Notes: generated by a model not told the origin, from the sequence alone. 64,000 nucleotides of DNA from Methanobacteriota archaeon (GCA_013288705.1 JABDBI010000001.1:9089-73088); one strand, 5' to 3'; counted from the stretch's first letter, positions 1 to 10,227 are shown. Translations and numbers: made by a program.

Positions 1-2
1 CA

Positions 3-335
3 AATGGCGGTTATCATTCTCAAAGGGCCTTGCTCGACTATCAAAGAGACATGTTCGCACTTGTCGATGACTTCGTTGAAGGTGAAACCGATAAACTCCG
101 TGTACTCTTTGATGATCAACCAGAATTACCCACAGGGAAATTTTTCAACTTTACGCTTGATGCACAAAAGAACCGGTGGAAAACAGAATTTGGAACCTAC
201 CCGGTAATTTTCCATTGTGCTGGCTGCAACGTGTCTTCAGAAAAAATGCGCATATTTCATGAACGCATCTTACGTGTCATGGATGCTCAGAGTTTTCTTT
301 CACCTGCGCTCTTTCAATATGTTGGAAAATGCTAG
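3..335 (+). CDS. 3' part of a protein open from the window edge; possibly a PLOD/procollagen-glycosyltransferase-like GT-A domain
   Basis: Frame is open from nt 3 (NGGYHSQRALLDYQRDMF...). LDYQRDMF and TYPVIFHCAG resemble the LDxxxxIF and TxPxxxHGNG segments of PLOD-type GT domains (by eye). Confidence 0.35.
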   Translation, partial: NGGYHSQRALLDYQRDMFALVDDFVEGETDKLRVLFDDQPELPTGKFFNFTLDAQKNRWKTEFGTYPVIFHCAGCNVSSEKMRIFHERILRVMDAQSFLSPALFQYVGKC

Positions 336-1316
336 CTAGCGACACTCCTGAATGGCCGTCTGATTGTTCTCATAGCTATCGCCACCTTTCTCTTTAAAAC
401 AATCTGTCAGCGCCTTGATCGCTTTATGCTTCTGATCAGCGATCGCAAAGTGCTCAATAAAATCTCCAGGCTCCCACACCACATCCTCCCCATACGCAAA
501 AAGGGTAATCATTCCACTTCCCGGGTAAAACGCTGTCAAATGCCGTTGCGGTAGTATGATTGCTTCCTTCGCAACAAGAGAGGGGTCGTAATATTTCTGC
601 TCCACAGGTGTATAGCTCAGCTCCCCCCGCCCATCCTTGCCTATAAAACCAAAGATGTAGTCTTGAAGCGCCTCTTGCTCTGGCTGATTGTGGTTTCTGT
701 AATAGGCGTAGCTCCGTGCAACCGTTGCCAACATTTCTCTCGACCATGGATCATTCTTTAATAGAAAAATACCCGCGTTGATCTTCATGTAGGGCTCTCT
801 CGATACCAAAAATGATTTACCGGGGTGCTTCGCGGTTATCTCCTCAAGCGGGATTGTGAAATTGGTGAAAAGCGCATCTGCATCCACCCACATCACCCAG
901 CCATAGCGACGTTTTTCTGGGTCATGGCTGCGCGCATCGCGCTCCTCGAAAGCAGCCTGAACGGCGAATATTTTTTGCCAATAAAGGCCCAGTTGAAACA
1001 CCTTGCTGGACGCGAACCTGTCAATAAACTGCTCGGTTAATAGGTTGTTGCGCAAGATATAATCATAGCCAAATTTTCTGGCATATCGCTGATGGACATC
1101 CTTCGCCAAGTCCAAATATTTCACATCCAATGTGGAATGGCTCACGATGGCGATGCATGGCTTGCTGGCATCACCCGGGTTGCACTGAATAATTTGATCG
1201 CTCAGTCGTTGACTTAGATCTTCTGTAACGCGCTCAAATTGCTCTGGCTCACAGCCAAGCAATAGTGCGGCCATGGCCAATGGACACAACCAAAATCCTA
1301 CAGTATCAGTACGCAA
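336..1316 (-). CDS. GT34 (GMA12/MNN10-like) glycosyltransferase, probable lipoprotein
   Basis: YWQK, WVMWVDADALFTN (DxD), INAGIFLLKNDPWS, EQEAL and DFIEHFA motifs; N-terminal hydrophobic stretch ending LLLGC. Start is TTG 1316 or ATG 1274. Confidence 0.7.
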   Translation of the reverse strand: MRTDTVGFWLCPLAMAALLLGCEPEQFERVTEDLSQRLSDQIIQCNPGDASKPCIAIVSHSTLDVKYLDLAKDVHQRYARKFGYDYILRNNLLTEQFIDRFASSKVFQLGLYWQKIFAVQAAFEERDARSHDPEKRRYGWVMWVDADALFTNFTIPLEEITAKHPGKSFLVSREPYMKINAGIFLLKNDPWSREMLATVARSYAYYRNHNQPEQEALQDYIFGFIGKDGRGELSYTPVEQKYYDPSLVAKEAIILPQRHLTAFYPGSGMITLFAYGEDVVWEPGDFIEHFAIADQKHKAIKALTDCFKEKGGDSYENNQTAIQECR

Positions 1317-1888
1317 TGTTTTATCCCTATTTCACTCTCAAATTTCGGCAGCATCTCTTATTGGCGCTATTGTCTTTGAGCGCCCAAAAAATCAATGCAG
1401 ACCCTACACCATTTTTGTCCAAGGGCAAAATGCATGTAGGTGGGTTTCTCTCTTTTCCTTTTGAATACGATAATACAAGGACGTTTTCACTCGGCCTTCG
1501 ACTTGAGCCCGAATATGGCTATTTTGTCATAAACCAGCTTGAGATCGTTGGTGCGGGGTTTGCGCAGACGCAAATTTACCGCTCCGATGAACCACCGGGG
1601 CGGGCCAAATTTGTGCGCTGGGGCGGGCAGGTTGGGGCGAACTACTACTTTGACCTGCACAGCTCTTTTTTCCCATACACCGGCCTTCACTTCGGCGTTC
1701 ATGTCAACAATTTGGATGCTCAAACCGGGCAGTGGTTTTTTGAAGTTCCCGTTGGGGCACTCTTTTTGATCAACGATCGTGTTGGCATTCGAGCCGGTTT
1801 TCCTCTACAACTGATCTTTTGGACCAACTCTATTTTTCACAAAATCACCGCGGGCCCTGTGTTTTTGGGTGTTATGGTCTTCTTCTAG
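1316..1888 (+). CDS. Outer-membrane beta-barrel protein (small, 8-strand-like)
   Basis: Signal peptide (…KINA), alternating aromatic/hydrophobic strands (YGYFV, ANYYFD, FFPYTG), C-terminal Phe. ATG 1316. Confidence 0.65.
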   Translation: MFYPYFTLKFRQHLLLALLSLSAQKINADPTPFLSKGKMHVGGFLSFPFEYDNTRTFSLGLRLEPEYGYFVINQLEIVGAGFAQTQIYRSDEPPGRAKFVRWGGQVGANYYFDLHSSFFPYTGLHFGVHVNNLDAQTGQWFFEVPVGALFLINDRVGIRAGFPLQLIFWTNSIFHKITAGPVFLGVMVFF

Positions 1889-1907
1889 CGCCTTTGGAGT
1901 TCCGTTC

Positions 1908-4900
1908 GTGTCTGCCAACGACTTCACCCATCTGCATCTGCACACCCAATACTCCTTCCTCGACGGTGCCATTCGCATCAAGGATCTGGTCAAGCGTGTG
2001 AGTGAGCTCGGCATGAAACAAGTGGCTGTCACCGATCATGGCAATTTGTTTGGCGCGCTGGATTTTTATATGCAGGCAAAGAGTGCTGGCATCAGGCCCA
2101 TTCTCGGAATGGAAGCCTATGTAACGGGCAAAGCCAAACATACCGACAAAATCCGCGAGAACTTTCACCTGGTGCTACTTGCCGAGAATAACATCGGCTA
2201 CGACAACTTGCGCAAACTGAGCTCCAAGGCATTTCTGAATGGCAAATTTTATTATCCACGCGTCGATAAAGATTTGCTCTATGAACACCGCGAAGGATTA
2301 ATTGCCACCACCGCATGTCTCGGCGGCGAGGTTGGTAAGAAGTGCGCAAAAGATGATCTCGATGGTGCGCGGGAAGCCGCACGAGATTTCAAACGCATTT
2401 TCGGGCCCAATAATTTCTTTCTCGAAGTTCAGCCCAACGGCATTGAGGTGCAAAACAAAGTCAACGCTACTCTCGTGGAAATGGCAAAGGACGAAGGGCT
2501 GCGCACCATTGCCACCAACGATTGCCATTATGTGACGCGCGATCAACATGACGCGCAAAATATTCTGATGGCAATTCGTCAGCAAAAAGCTTGGAACGAC
2601 CCGACGCTGCATAAACACGAAACCGATGCTTTTTATATTCGCTCCGGCGAGGAAATGTGGGGGCTTCTCAAAGACGACCACGCTTCTGCTTTTGAAATGG
2701 CTTGTGAAATCGGCGCTCGATGTAAAGTTGATCTCGATCTTGGCAAAACTTTTCTTCCCCCGTTTCCGTGTCCAGACGGATACAAGGATGAGGTTGATTA
2801 CATTCGAAGCCTTGCACAAAAAGGGCTTGAACGTAGGTTTAAAGAAATCTCTTACATCGTCGATCGCGACCAGTATCAGCAGCGGCTCGATAGCGAAATC
2901 GCCGTGATCATAGGGATGGGATTCTCCAGCTACTTTTTGATTGTGCAAGATTTCATCAACTGGGCCAAGAATAACGGCATTCGCGTAGGCCCGGGACGTG
3001 GTTCAGGAGCAGGTAGCCTTGTCGCTTATGCGCTGCGCATCACTGACATTGATCCGATCCCTTATCATCTGCTATTTGAGCGCTTTTTGAATCCCGAGCG
3101 CGTATCCATGCCTGATTTCGACGTGGATTTCATGCAGGCGCGAAGAGGTGAGGTAATTCAATACGTCGCCGATCATTATGGACGTGATCACGTTGGGCAG
3201 ATTGCCACCTATGCGGCGTTGAATCCAAAGAGTGCGATCAAAGATGTGGCACGCACTTTGGGTGTCCCGTTCTCGGAAATTAATGAGCTGACCAAACCCA
3301 TGCCCCTCTTGGTCGATGGCAAAAAACCCGATCTCGAACATGCGCTCGAATATGCCCCCAAGCTGAAAGAGAAAGCCCTCACCGATCCAACTTACCGTCG
3401 TGTGCTGGATACGGCGCGCGTGCTCGAGGGCCTATATCGGCAAGCGGGTATGCACGCAGGTGGCGTCGTAATTGCCGAGAGGCCACTTGTAGATTACGTA
3501 CCTGTTTTTGCTGGGCAGAATGGGGAGCTCGTCACTCAGTTTGATAAAGATAAGGTAGAGGCCGCGGGCCTGTTGAAATTCGACTTTTTGGGGTTGAAGA
3601 CGCTGGATGTTATTCATCAGGCGGAAATTTTGATTAATGAGCGCGTCGCAATGGAGAACAAGCTTTCTTCGGACGCGCGGGCAGAGGCGGCGAAGAAGCA
3701 TCCGCATATGCGGTCCACCCTCACCGCCACCGAGATTGCGCCACTGGTTGTTGAGTTGCTGCATCCGGAGGAAAGTGATGTTTATGAGTTGATTAGCTCT
3801 GGGGATACGCTCGGGGTGTTTCAAGTCGAGTCTTCGGGCTTTCAGGATCTGTGCAGGAGACTCAAGCCCGATTGTTTTGAAGATATCATCGCCGCTGTGG
3901 CGCTTTATCGTCCGGGCCCGATGCAGTCGGGCATGGTGGACGATTTCATTGATCGAAAACACGGACGCAAAAAAGTTGAATATCCGCATCCACTTCTCGA
4001 GACGGTACTGAAACCTACCTACGGCACCATCGTCTATCAGGAACAGGTGATGCAGGCCGCGCAAGTCTTGGCAGGCTACACGCTCGGTAGCGCTGATATT
4101 TTGCGACGTGCCATGGGCAAAAAGAAACTCGAAGAGATGCAAGAGCAGCGTTCGGCTTTTATCAGCGGTTCACAAGCAAATGGCGTGGATCCAAAACAGG
4201 CTGGCGATATTTTTGATTTGATTGAGAAATTTGCCGGTTACGGTTTCAATAAAAGCCACTCGGCAGCCTATGCACTCATCACCTATCAAACAGCTTATCT
4301 GAAATGTTTCTACCCTGTCGAATTTATGACGGCACTGTTAACCACGTCTTCGGATTCCACTGATGACGTCGTAAAATACATCTACGAAGCACGCACCACG
4401 GGCATCAACGTGCTCCCGCCAGACATAAACGTCTCTTCGCGCAGATTTACTGTCGACTACCTGCAAAACCCGCCGACACGACGAAAGAATGCACACACTG
4501 CTTACGGGCAAATTCGTTTCGGGCTCGAAGCCGTCAAGGGTCTAGGTGATGCAGCGCTGGATGTGATTTTGGAAGCACGTGCCGACAAGGGTGCCTTCAA
4601 AAACCTGTTCCAGTTTTGCGAAAGTGTGAGCCTACAAAAAATCAACAAGAAAGTTCTGGAAGCGTTGATTACCTCTGGAGCCATGGATGGATTTGGCCAC
4701 GCGCGCAAACAGCATTTCATGGCTATCGAAAGGGCAATGACCGCTGCACACAGCACCCAGCGCGATGCAGCAGTGGGTCAGACAAACTTGTTTAGCTTAT
4801 TTTCGGGGCCACAAGAATCCAGCCCGACGCATGAAGAATACGACGCAGTGGGCGAATGGCCCGAGAAAGAAAAGCTGAGTCTTGAACGCGATGCTATTGG

Positions 4901-5528
4901 CTTTTATCTCTCTGGGCATCCCCTGGATCGGTATATCAAGGAAGCCAAGAAACTTGGTGCAATTCCAACAGTTCAGCTGGTCAATGCGAAGCACAATGAC
5001 AGCGTGCTGATCGTGGGTATCGTTGCTGATTTACGTGAACGACCGATGAAAAATGGCGACGGCCGTTGGGCAATTGCAACCATCGAGGACAACTTTGGGC
5101 AAGCTGAAGTGCTGTGCTTCAGCAAAGTCTACCTAGAGGCAGAGGGCCCTTTGAAGAGTGGAGAGCCGTTACTCATCAAGGGACGTGCGTTGATCGACGA
5201 CATCGATGACGATGGCAGGCAAGCCACGCCAAAAATGCGGCTGGAGAGCGTGATTTCCTTGAGCAATGCGCAAAAAGAGCGCACACGCTGTTTGGAACTT
5301 CGCATCAAACTTTCTGATCAACCCTTGGATAACGATCATTTGTTTGCGCGCATTCAAGAGATCTGTGCAAAGCATAAGGGCAATAAGCCCCTGCAGTTTG
5401 TACTCCTCACCGCAGATGGATGCGAAGTACTGGTACGTGCTGGAAAAGAACTGGCTGTGGAACCAAATGATGACCTCGTCATGGCCCTAGAAGTGTGCAC
5501 AGGCATTACGCAGGTGTCACGCGTCTAG
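1908..5528 (+). CDS. dnaE: DNA polymerase III alpha subunit
   Basis: PHP motif HLHLHTQYS, GRGSGAGS, PDFDVDF, FAGYGFNKSH, OB fold. GTG 1908 with GGAG RBS at 1896. Confidence 0.98.
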   Translation: MSANDFTHLHLHTQYSFLDGAIRIKDLVKRVSELGMKQVAVTDHGNLFGALDFYMQAKSAGIRPILGMEAYVTGKAKHTDKIRENFHLVLLAENNIGYDNLRKLSSKAFLNGKFYYPRVDKDLLYEHREGLIATTACLGGEVGKKCAKDDLDGAREAARDFKRIFGPNNFFLEVQPNGIEVQNKVNATLVEMAKDEGLRTIATNDCHYVTRDQHDAQNILMAIRQQKAWNDPTLHKHETDAFYIRSGEEMWGLLKDDHASAFEMACEIGARCKVDLDLGKTFLPPFPCPDGYKDEVDYIRSLAQKGLERRFKEISYIVDRDQYQQRLDSEIAVIIGMGFSSYFLIVQDFINWAKNNGIRVGPGRGSGAGSLVAYALRITDIDPIPYHLLFERFLNPERVSMPDFDVDFMQARRGEVIQYVADHYGRDHVGQIATYAALNPKSAIKDVARTLGVPFSEINELTKPMPLLVDGKKPDLEHALEYAPKLKEKALTDPTYRRVLDTARVLEGLYRQAGMHAGGVVIAERPLVDYVPVFAGQNGELVTQFDKDKVEAAGLLKFDFLGLKTLDVIHQAEILINERVAMENKLSSDARAEAAKKHPHMRSTLTATEIAPLVVELLHPEESDVYELISSGDTLGVFQVESSGFQDLCRRLKPDCFEDIIAAVALYRPGPMQSGMVDDFIDRKHGRKKVEYPHPLLETVLKPTYGTIVYQEQVMQAAQVLAGYTLGSADILRRAMGKKKLEEMQEQRSAFISGSQANGVDPKQAGDIFDLIEKFAGYGFNKSHSAAYALITYQTAYLKCFYPVEFMTALLTTSSDSTDDVVKYIYEARTTGINVLPPDINVSSRRFTVDYLQNPPTRRKNAHTAYGQIRFGLEAVKGLGDAALDVILEARADKGAFKNLFQFCESVSLQKINKKVLEALITSGAMDGFGHARKQHFMAIERAMTAAHSTQRDAAVGQTNLFSLFSGPQESSPTHEEYDAVGEWPEKEKLSLERDAIGFYLSGHPLDRYIKEAKKLGAIPTVQLVNAKHNDSVLIVGIVADLRERPMKNGDGRWAIATIEDNFGQAEVLCFSKVYLEAEGPLKSGEPLLIKGRALIDDIDDDGRQATPKMRLESVISLSNAQKERTRCLELRIKLSDQPLDNDHLFARIQEICAKHKGNKPLQFVLLTADGCEVLVRAGKELAVEPNDDLVMALEVCTGITQVSRV

Positions 5529-6014
5529 ATCTTTCAGGACCCTCACCCATTGGGGAAAAACCTCTCGCACATCTTCCGCAATATCCCTGGGCACCACGCA
5601 ATGCGCGGCCCCATGATCGGACATATACGCGATAATGCCCGCCTTGCCAGCATTCACAGCGCCACAAACATCCGCCTCGAGCGTAAGCCAACTAATCGTG
5701 TTATCTTCCTTCTGGAAAAAATAACGTTCACTATTCTCCGATAGCGGACTCACCTGTTTGTCGAGGCGATTTCGATTGACCCAACGCCTAATCAAACCAT
5801 ATTGTTCGTTGCGGCCCATCGCTTTGAGTTCAGCAAGCTGCTTCGCTCTCTGCCGCGCTTCAAAGTCTTCATCGCTCTCCACCACCAGCTCCACAGATTT
5901 CTCAGCTCTCGGCCGGGCGCTCTGGCGATGGTTCTTTTGCCGATCTTCAACTTCCTTCACACGTTCTTCAGTGACCAAACCAGCCTTCAGCAATTGCGCC
6001 TTCAGATTAAACAT
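5517..6014 (-). CDS. DUF2058 family protein
   Basis: Characteristic N-terminus LKAQLLKAGLV; YFF and IAEDV segments. ATG 6014 with GGAGG RBS. Confidence 0.7.
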   Translation of the reverse strand: MFNLKAQLLKAGLVTEERVKEVEDRQKNHRQSARPRAEKSVELVVESDEDFEARQRAKQLAELKAMGRNEQYGLIRRWVNRNRLDKQVSPLSENSERYFFQKEDNTISWLTLEADVCGAVNAGKAGIIAYMSDHGAAHCVVPRDIAEDVREVFPQWVRVLKDLDA

Positions 6015-6357
6015 GTTCAGCCCTCCCACTAACGAGTGATTCTTCAGGTACTCCCCAACGTAACTCTTCGCTTTGATCAAGTTTGCGCAAGATGTCAAAG
6101 CGAAAGATCCCCAAAGCATGATTGTCACTGAAGCGGAAACTCACCGCGTAGCGACCTACCAAATCTGCTCCAGAAATCGTCTGCACTCTGTTCTCGTGAA
6201 ACCGCACAATGCGCTGGTGCCCCTGGCATTCGGCGCAAGGACAATAGCCTCTTAAGCGCGTAATGGGTAACCGGCTGATATGGCCATCGGCCCACGTGAT
6301 GGCAACAAGATGTTGATCGTTTTGCACTTGAATATCGACGGGAGTAAACTCTTTCAT
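6007..6357 (-). CDS. DUF971 / GBBH-like N-terminal domain protein
   Basis: ITWADGH, LRGYCPCAECQGH, VGRYAVSFRFSDNH. ATGA overlap with the upstream gene. Confidence 0.85.
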   Translation of the reverse strand: MKEFTPVDIQVQNDQHLVAITWADGHISRLPITRLRGYCPCAECQGHQRIVRFHENRVQTISGADLVGRYAVSFRFSDNHALGIFRFDILRKLDQSEELRWGVPEESLVSGRAEHV

Positions 6358-7106
6358 GAATACATCCTCATCCATAGCCGTGCCCGCTGGTTGTGATAAA
6401 AACGCCGCAGAAAACTCATAGGCCACATGGCGTACCAAGCGCTTAAAAACGCTCCGGCCCAAGTTGGGCGATAGCATTGCTCGTCTTGATCAAAAAACAA
6501 TCCACCCATTTGCTCTTGTTCTTTCAGATCCGTCACCAAACTATTTTGCACTTCAGAGAGTTCTTCTCCCTCTGTGATCAGCGTTGGAGTCCCGCCTTTT
6601 TTGACGAGCTTTCGCAGATAAAACTGATGAATGCGCACCAACAATTTTGGCTCTTTAATCATTTGCCACCCCCGACAAATCTTCCTTTTATTATTAATCG
6701 GCATTCCTGCTAAATCACTGTTATAGGTGCAAAGCTCAGTACCATCAGAGAAACGTGACGTCATTTCCAAAAATGCATGAAGTAATTGTTCTTGATGCTC
6801 CTCGGCAACAAGCGCTGTAGCCAGCGCCATGATTTTTTGCTGCCGATGCACCAGCCCACGCATATAAATGCGCATATTGGACACTTCGTCGTAAGTCACC
6901 GCATCGAAACAATACAAAAAACCCAAACTCTCAAGGCTCTTGGCACTGGCATCAAATGTGGCGCGCACACTAGGCGGCGCAAAGTCGCTCAAAATGGATC
7001 GCAAAAGGGGCTTTGGCGCAAGGCGTTGCGTTCGCCGCACCATAATTGGCACCGCAACATACCATGCAAGGATCGCGATTATCGCAAGCAACAAAAGATT
7101 CGACAT
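6354..7106 (-). CDS. Hypothetical membrane-anchored protein
   Basis: 250-aa ORF with an N-terminal TM helix and a C-terminal hydrophobic segment; tightly coupled in the operon. Confidence 0.65.
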   Translation of the reverse strand: MSNLLLLAIIAILAWYVAVPIMVRRTQRLAPKPLLRSILSDFAPPSVRATFDASAKSLESLGFLYCFDAVTYDEVSNMRIYMRGLVHRQQKIMALATALVAEEHQEQLLHAFLEMTSRFSDGTELCTYNSDLAGMPINNKRKICRGWQMIKEPKLLVRIHQFYLRKLVKKGGTPTLITEGEELSEVQNSLVTDLKEQEQMGGLFFDQDEQCYRPTWAGAFLSAWYAMWPMSFLRRFYHNQRARLWMRMYS

Positions 7107-7115
7107 GAGGATGGA

Positions 7116-8315
7116 TCAATCGGAAAAAAGCGCGTTTTGCAAAGGGGGAGCTGGATGCCTATCAAACCACCCAGAACTGGTAAGCTCCATGGCCGAAAGG
7201 GGGGGGCAAAAATAATAGCCTTGCGCGCAGCGAACCCCAAGCGTCATGGCGGCTTGTAACTCTCGATCTGTTTCAACGTTCTCCAGAATCATCGGTATTA
7301 AGAGTTGGCTGGCCATGTGAGAAGCTGCCCCTACAATCACTTGTTTTGTCGCATCGGTATCGAGAGAGCGGCAAAATGCGCCCGACAGCTTAATATAATC
7401 GGGCTTTAGCTCCTGCAGTAATTTGAGATTGGCGTAGCCCTCACCAAAATCGTCAAGGGCAATGCCAAAACCACTATCCCGCAATAAGGTCACAGTTTGG
7501 GAAAAGGCCTCTTGATTTAGAATGCCCTGCTGTTCAGTCAACTCAAATACAATGTCCGTATGTCTAAAACTTGTGCCCTGCAGCAGCGATGTCATTTTTG
7601 AGAAAAAACTTGGATTAATCAAGGATCGCGGGCGTACATTCATGAATAATCTGCACCCATGACGCAATTTTTCCGCCTCCTTCAAAGCGGCCTGCAGACA
7701 ATGCAAATCTGTCTCGAAAAGCATCTCTTTGCGCTCAGCATAAGCGAACAAAATCTCCGGCGTCCATCGTGGCGCATTTTTGGGCGCACGCGCAAGACTC
7801 TCGACCCCAAGGGTTCGTGGGGTCGAGGCCATTTTATCAAACCCCACAATCGGTTGCAACAAAGCCTGCATGGCATAGGATTTTAGAAACTGCTCCAGCT
7901 TCATGAAATGACAAACATCCACATGGCCGCTCAACTTTGTTTTTTGTTTGTCCGTCGCAATTGACTGAAGCACGGACACATCGATGGGCTTTTCAAGCAC
8001 ATGTTGGCCACCAGCCCCCTGCACAAGATCACGGATCTCTGCGCTGGCCTCTGCAACTGCTGCAAAAATAACCGTTGACGGAAAATGCGTGCGCACATGG
8101 TGAATGAGTTTCAAACCCTCAAAACCACCTAATTCAGAGAGTTGCAAGTCTGTCACAACCGCCGCGAATTGGTGATGCGAAAGCAGGGCCTCCGCAGCTT
8201 CAATTTCTTCGCAAACAAAAAAGCAAATATTGTGCGCATCCACCTCTTTCGCCGCGGCAATCAGCTCGTTCGGTTCAGATGTCATCAACAAAATGCGTTT
8301 GATCGAGGCACTCAT
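7116..8315 (-). CDS. Response regulator (REC)-EAL c-di-GMP phosphodiesterase
   Basis: REC (VVTDL…LEKP) plus EAL motifs QPIV, ESLAR, FELTE, ALDDFGEGYAN, YIKL, ENVET, AQGYYF. ATG 8315 overlaps the upstream TGA. Confidence 0.9.
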   Translation of the reverse strand: MSASIKRILLMTSEPNELIAAAKEVDAHNICFFVCEEIEAAEALLSHHQFAAVVTDLQLSELGGFEGLKLIHHVRTHFPSTVIFAAVAEASAEIRDLVQGAGGQHVLEKPIDVSVLQSIATDKQKTKLSGHVDVCHFMKLEQFLKSYAMQALLQPIVGFDKMASTPRTLGVESLARAPKNAPRWTPEILFAYAERKEMLFETDLHCLQAALKEAEKLRHGCRLFMNVRPRSLINPSFFSKMTSLLQGTSFRHTDIVFELTEQQGILNQEAFSQTVTLLRDSGFGIALDDFGEGYANLKLLQELKPDYIKLSGAFCRSLDTDATKQVIVGAASHMASQLLIPMILENVETDRELQAAMTLGVRCAQGYYFCPPLSAMELTSSGWFDRHPAPPLQNALFSD

Positions 8316-10183
8316 AGAAACTGGCCCAGATTTCTCAGGTAGTCCCAGTCGATGTAACCAAAGTAATTCGCAACAGCAACCCAGGCTGCGGCGACAGTTA
8401 CCGTCGCCATGATAAAAGCCCCGATACGTCGATAACTCCGTTTTTTCGAACATCGAATTGGATCTCGCATGAGTTCCTTAAGCCGTTCAACGCGCCCATC
8501 TCCTGGTGACAACCTATCCAGGCGACGAAGAAGCTTTCGAAAAAGCCGCAAGCGCCCAAACACGATGGACGCTTCCGCGCCGGCAAGCTGCACTTCAGCC
8601 ACGTCTGGCTCTTGCTTGCAGAGCTTCACCAAACCTTTGAATGCTGCGTTTTGCTCACCAGAAGTTGCGCCAGCATAAATTTGTGCCAACAAAACCCATG
8701 CTTTTGCTTCTGCCTCGCTCGGAAAGAGATTTTGATAGTGCTCCGCATAGGGCAAAATTTCTGAATATTTTTTCTCGTCTAAAGCTCTGGGAATGGCCGA
8801 TCGCAAATATTCTCTCTCGAACATGCGATGAAGCTCGGCATCATGCTCAATATCGACGCCCATTTCCTTGGCGCGCAAAATAATAAAGCGCTCCACCGGA
8901 TCAGAAATCCATTCGCAAATAGTCTCAAAACGATCGCGCATCTTCTGCCGCAATGGATCGCCCATCGGCAGGGACTTAATCGCAGCCCGAATGCGCTCAC
9001 GCACGGCATCTAAAATTCCTTCAATCTGTGTTTCTCGCGTCTCGAGAGAAAGCGGAACCAGCGCCAAAAATCCGCTCGAAAGCAGACAATCCGCCAATTC
9101 ATAAACCTCGCGTAATGGCCTTTCGTCAGCGAGATACGTCGCACGTGCAGCGCACATCATCATGATAGCCCGTTCAATTTCCAATGATGAATCAGGCTGT
9201 TCTCGACGCAAAATCTGGGCTATTTCTCGAAGTGGTTTCCCTCCTTGGGCTAGCACGACGACCCTGCGCTCCGTGTCCGTCATTTCATCTGTAGAAATAA
9301 GGGCATCTTGGCCATCTAACGCACATAGATAACGTGCTTGATCGGTCAAAATTGCGGTGACGAGAGTCTGCTCGCGGCAAAGTTTCACCGTAGACATGGC
9401 AATAGAATTGCTGTCTCGCTCGGCAATGACACTTTCCTCAAATAACGCATCGCCATTGGTCAAAGAAAAAACTTCTGCAACTTCCTCTTTGGCACTCGTT
9501 CCACTCGCATCAGAATAGACACAATAGACGGCCCCTCTCACAATAGACATTACTTTGACGCAATCTCCAGATTGGACCTTGAGCCAACCGCTCTTTTGCT
9601 CTTTTGCCAGCCGCAATAGAATCGGAGAAATGCCGAGAACATCCAATTCATGTCTCTGAAATGTGGCTGTGCTCTCCCGCCGTCCAAAAAGCTCCAACGC
9701 TGCATAAAAAAATGGGAACTCTCTCAGCGGTCTAAAATCCCCGGCTACGGCCTCGGAAAATTCTTCCTGACCGCTTAAAACTCTGTTTTTTATCTTCTGC
9801 CAAATGGCGTTTTGATCATAGGGACCGAGGACGCGCCCATCTTTTAGGCGCACATGCAAGCTAGCGCCTACTTGCTGCGCTGGCTCAGCCTCTAGCTGGT
9901 AAAAGCTCTCGCTGAGGGCCACGGAAAAAGCACGTTCAATTTCCTCATCGTGAACGCTCTCAAAGCTCTGTGATGCGTGCAAATGAAGAGGTGCGGTATC
10001 CAAATCGTCAGAAGCAGAAAGAAAGGTCCTCAGCGGCACATCGGCAAATGGTGCTGGAATCACTTTGTCGTGCGGTCCCACGCGGCCACCAGCACGCATC
10101 GCATCAAGCTCTTGCGCAGTGACTGGCGTGGAAGATTGGTCTTCTTTGATGACGAAGAACCGACTATCTAAGGCCATGTGCAT
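8312..10183 (-). CDS. GYF_2/DUF4388-like/TPR multidomain protein with C-terminal TM
   Basis: DGRVLGPYD (GYF_2-like), LAKEQKSGWLKV…IVRGAV (DUF4388-like), helical TPR-like C-terminal region, terminal TM helix. Confidence 0.6.
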   Translation of the reverse strand: MHMALDSRFFVIKEDQSSTPVTAQELDAMRAGGRVGPHDKVIPAPFADVPLRTFLSASDDLDTAPLHLHASQSFESVHDEEIERAFSVALSESFYQLEAEPAQQVGASLHVRLKDGRVLGPYDQNAIWQKIKNRVLSGQEEFSEAVAGDFRPLREFPFFYAALELFGRRESTATFQRHELDVLGISPILLRLAKEQKSGWLKVQSGDCVKVMSIVRGAVYCVYSDASGTSAKEEVAEVFSLTNGDALFEESVIAERDSNSIAMSTVKLCREQTLVTAILTDQARYLCALDGQDALISTDEMTDTERRVVVLAQGGKPLREIAQILRREQPDSSLEIERAIMMMCAARATYLADERPLREVYELADCLLSSGFLALVPLSLETRETQIEGILDAVRERIRAAIKSLPMGDPLRQKMRDRFETICEWISDPVERFIILRAKEMGVDIEHDAELHRMFEREYLRSAIPRALDEKKYSEILPYAEHYQNLFPSEAEAKAWVLLAQIYAGATSGEQNAAFKGLVKLCKQEPDVAEVQLAGAEASIVFGRLRLFRKLLRRLDRLSPGDGRVERLKELMRDPIRCSKKRSYRRIGAFIMATVTVAAAWVAVANYFGYIDWDYLRNLGQFL

Positions 10184-10197
10184 CTCCCTGTCGGCCA

Positions 10198-10226
10198 GTT
10201 CTACTTTTAATTGCGCCCGAGGTCAA
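10198..10226 (-). promoter_or_regulatory. Putative sigma70 promoter for the GYF-EAL operon
   Basis: Minus strand TTGACC-N17-TAGAAC upstream of an AGGGAG RBS and ATG 10183. Confidence 0.4.
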
Positions 10227-10227
10227 C

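Noticed and set aside
331-340. Palindrome GCTAGCTAGC
   Set aside because: Largely a consequence of two abutting convergent TAG stop codons.
3640-3770. Insertion in DnaE (…ENKLSSDARAEAAKKHPHMRS…), and a second near 4455-4510, considered as inteins
   Set aside because: Far too short, with no C/S start, HN end or LAGLIDADG motifs; likely lineage-specific loops.
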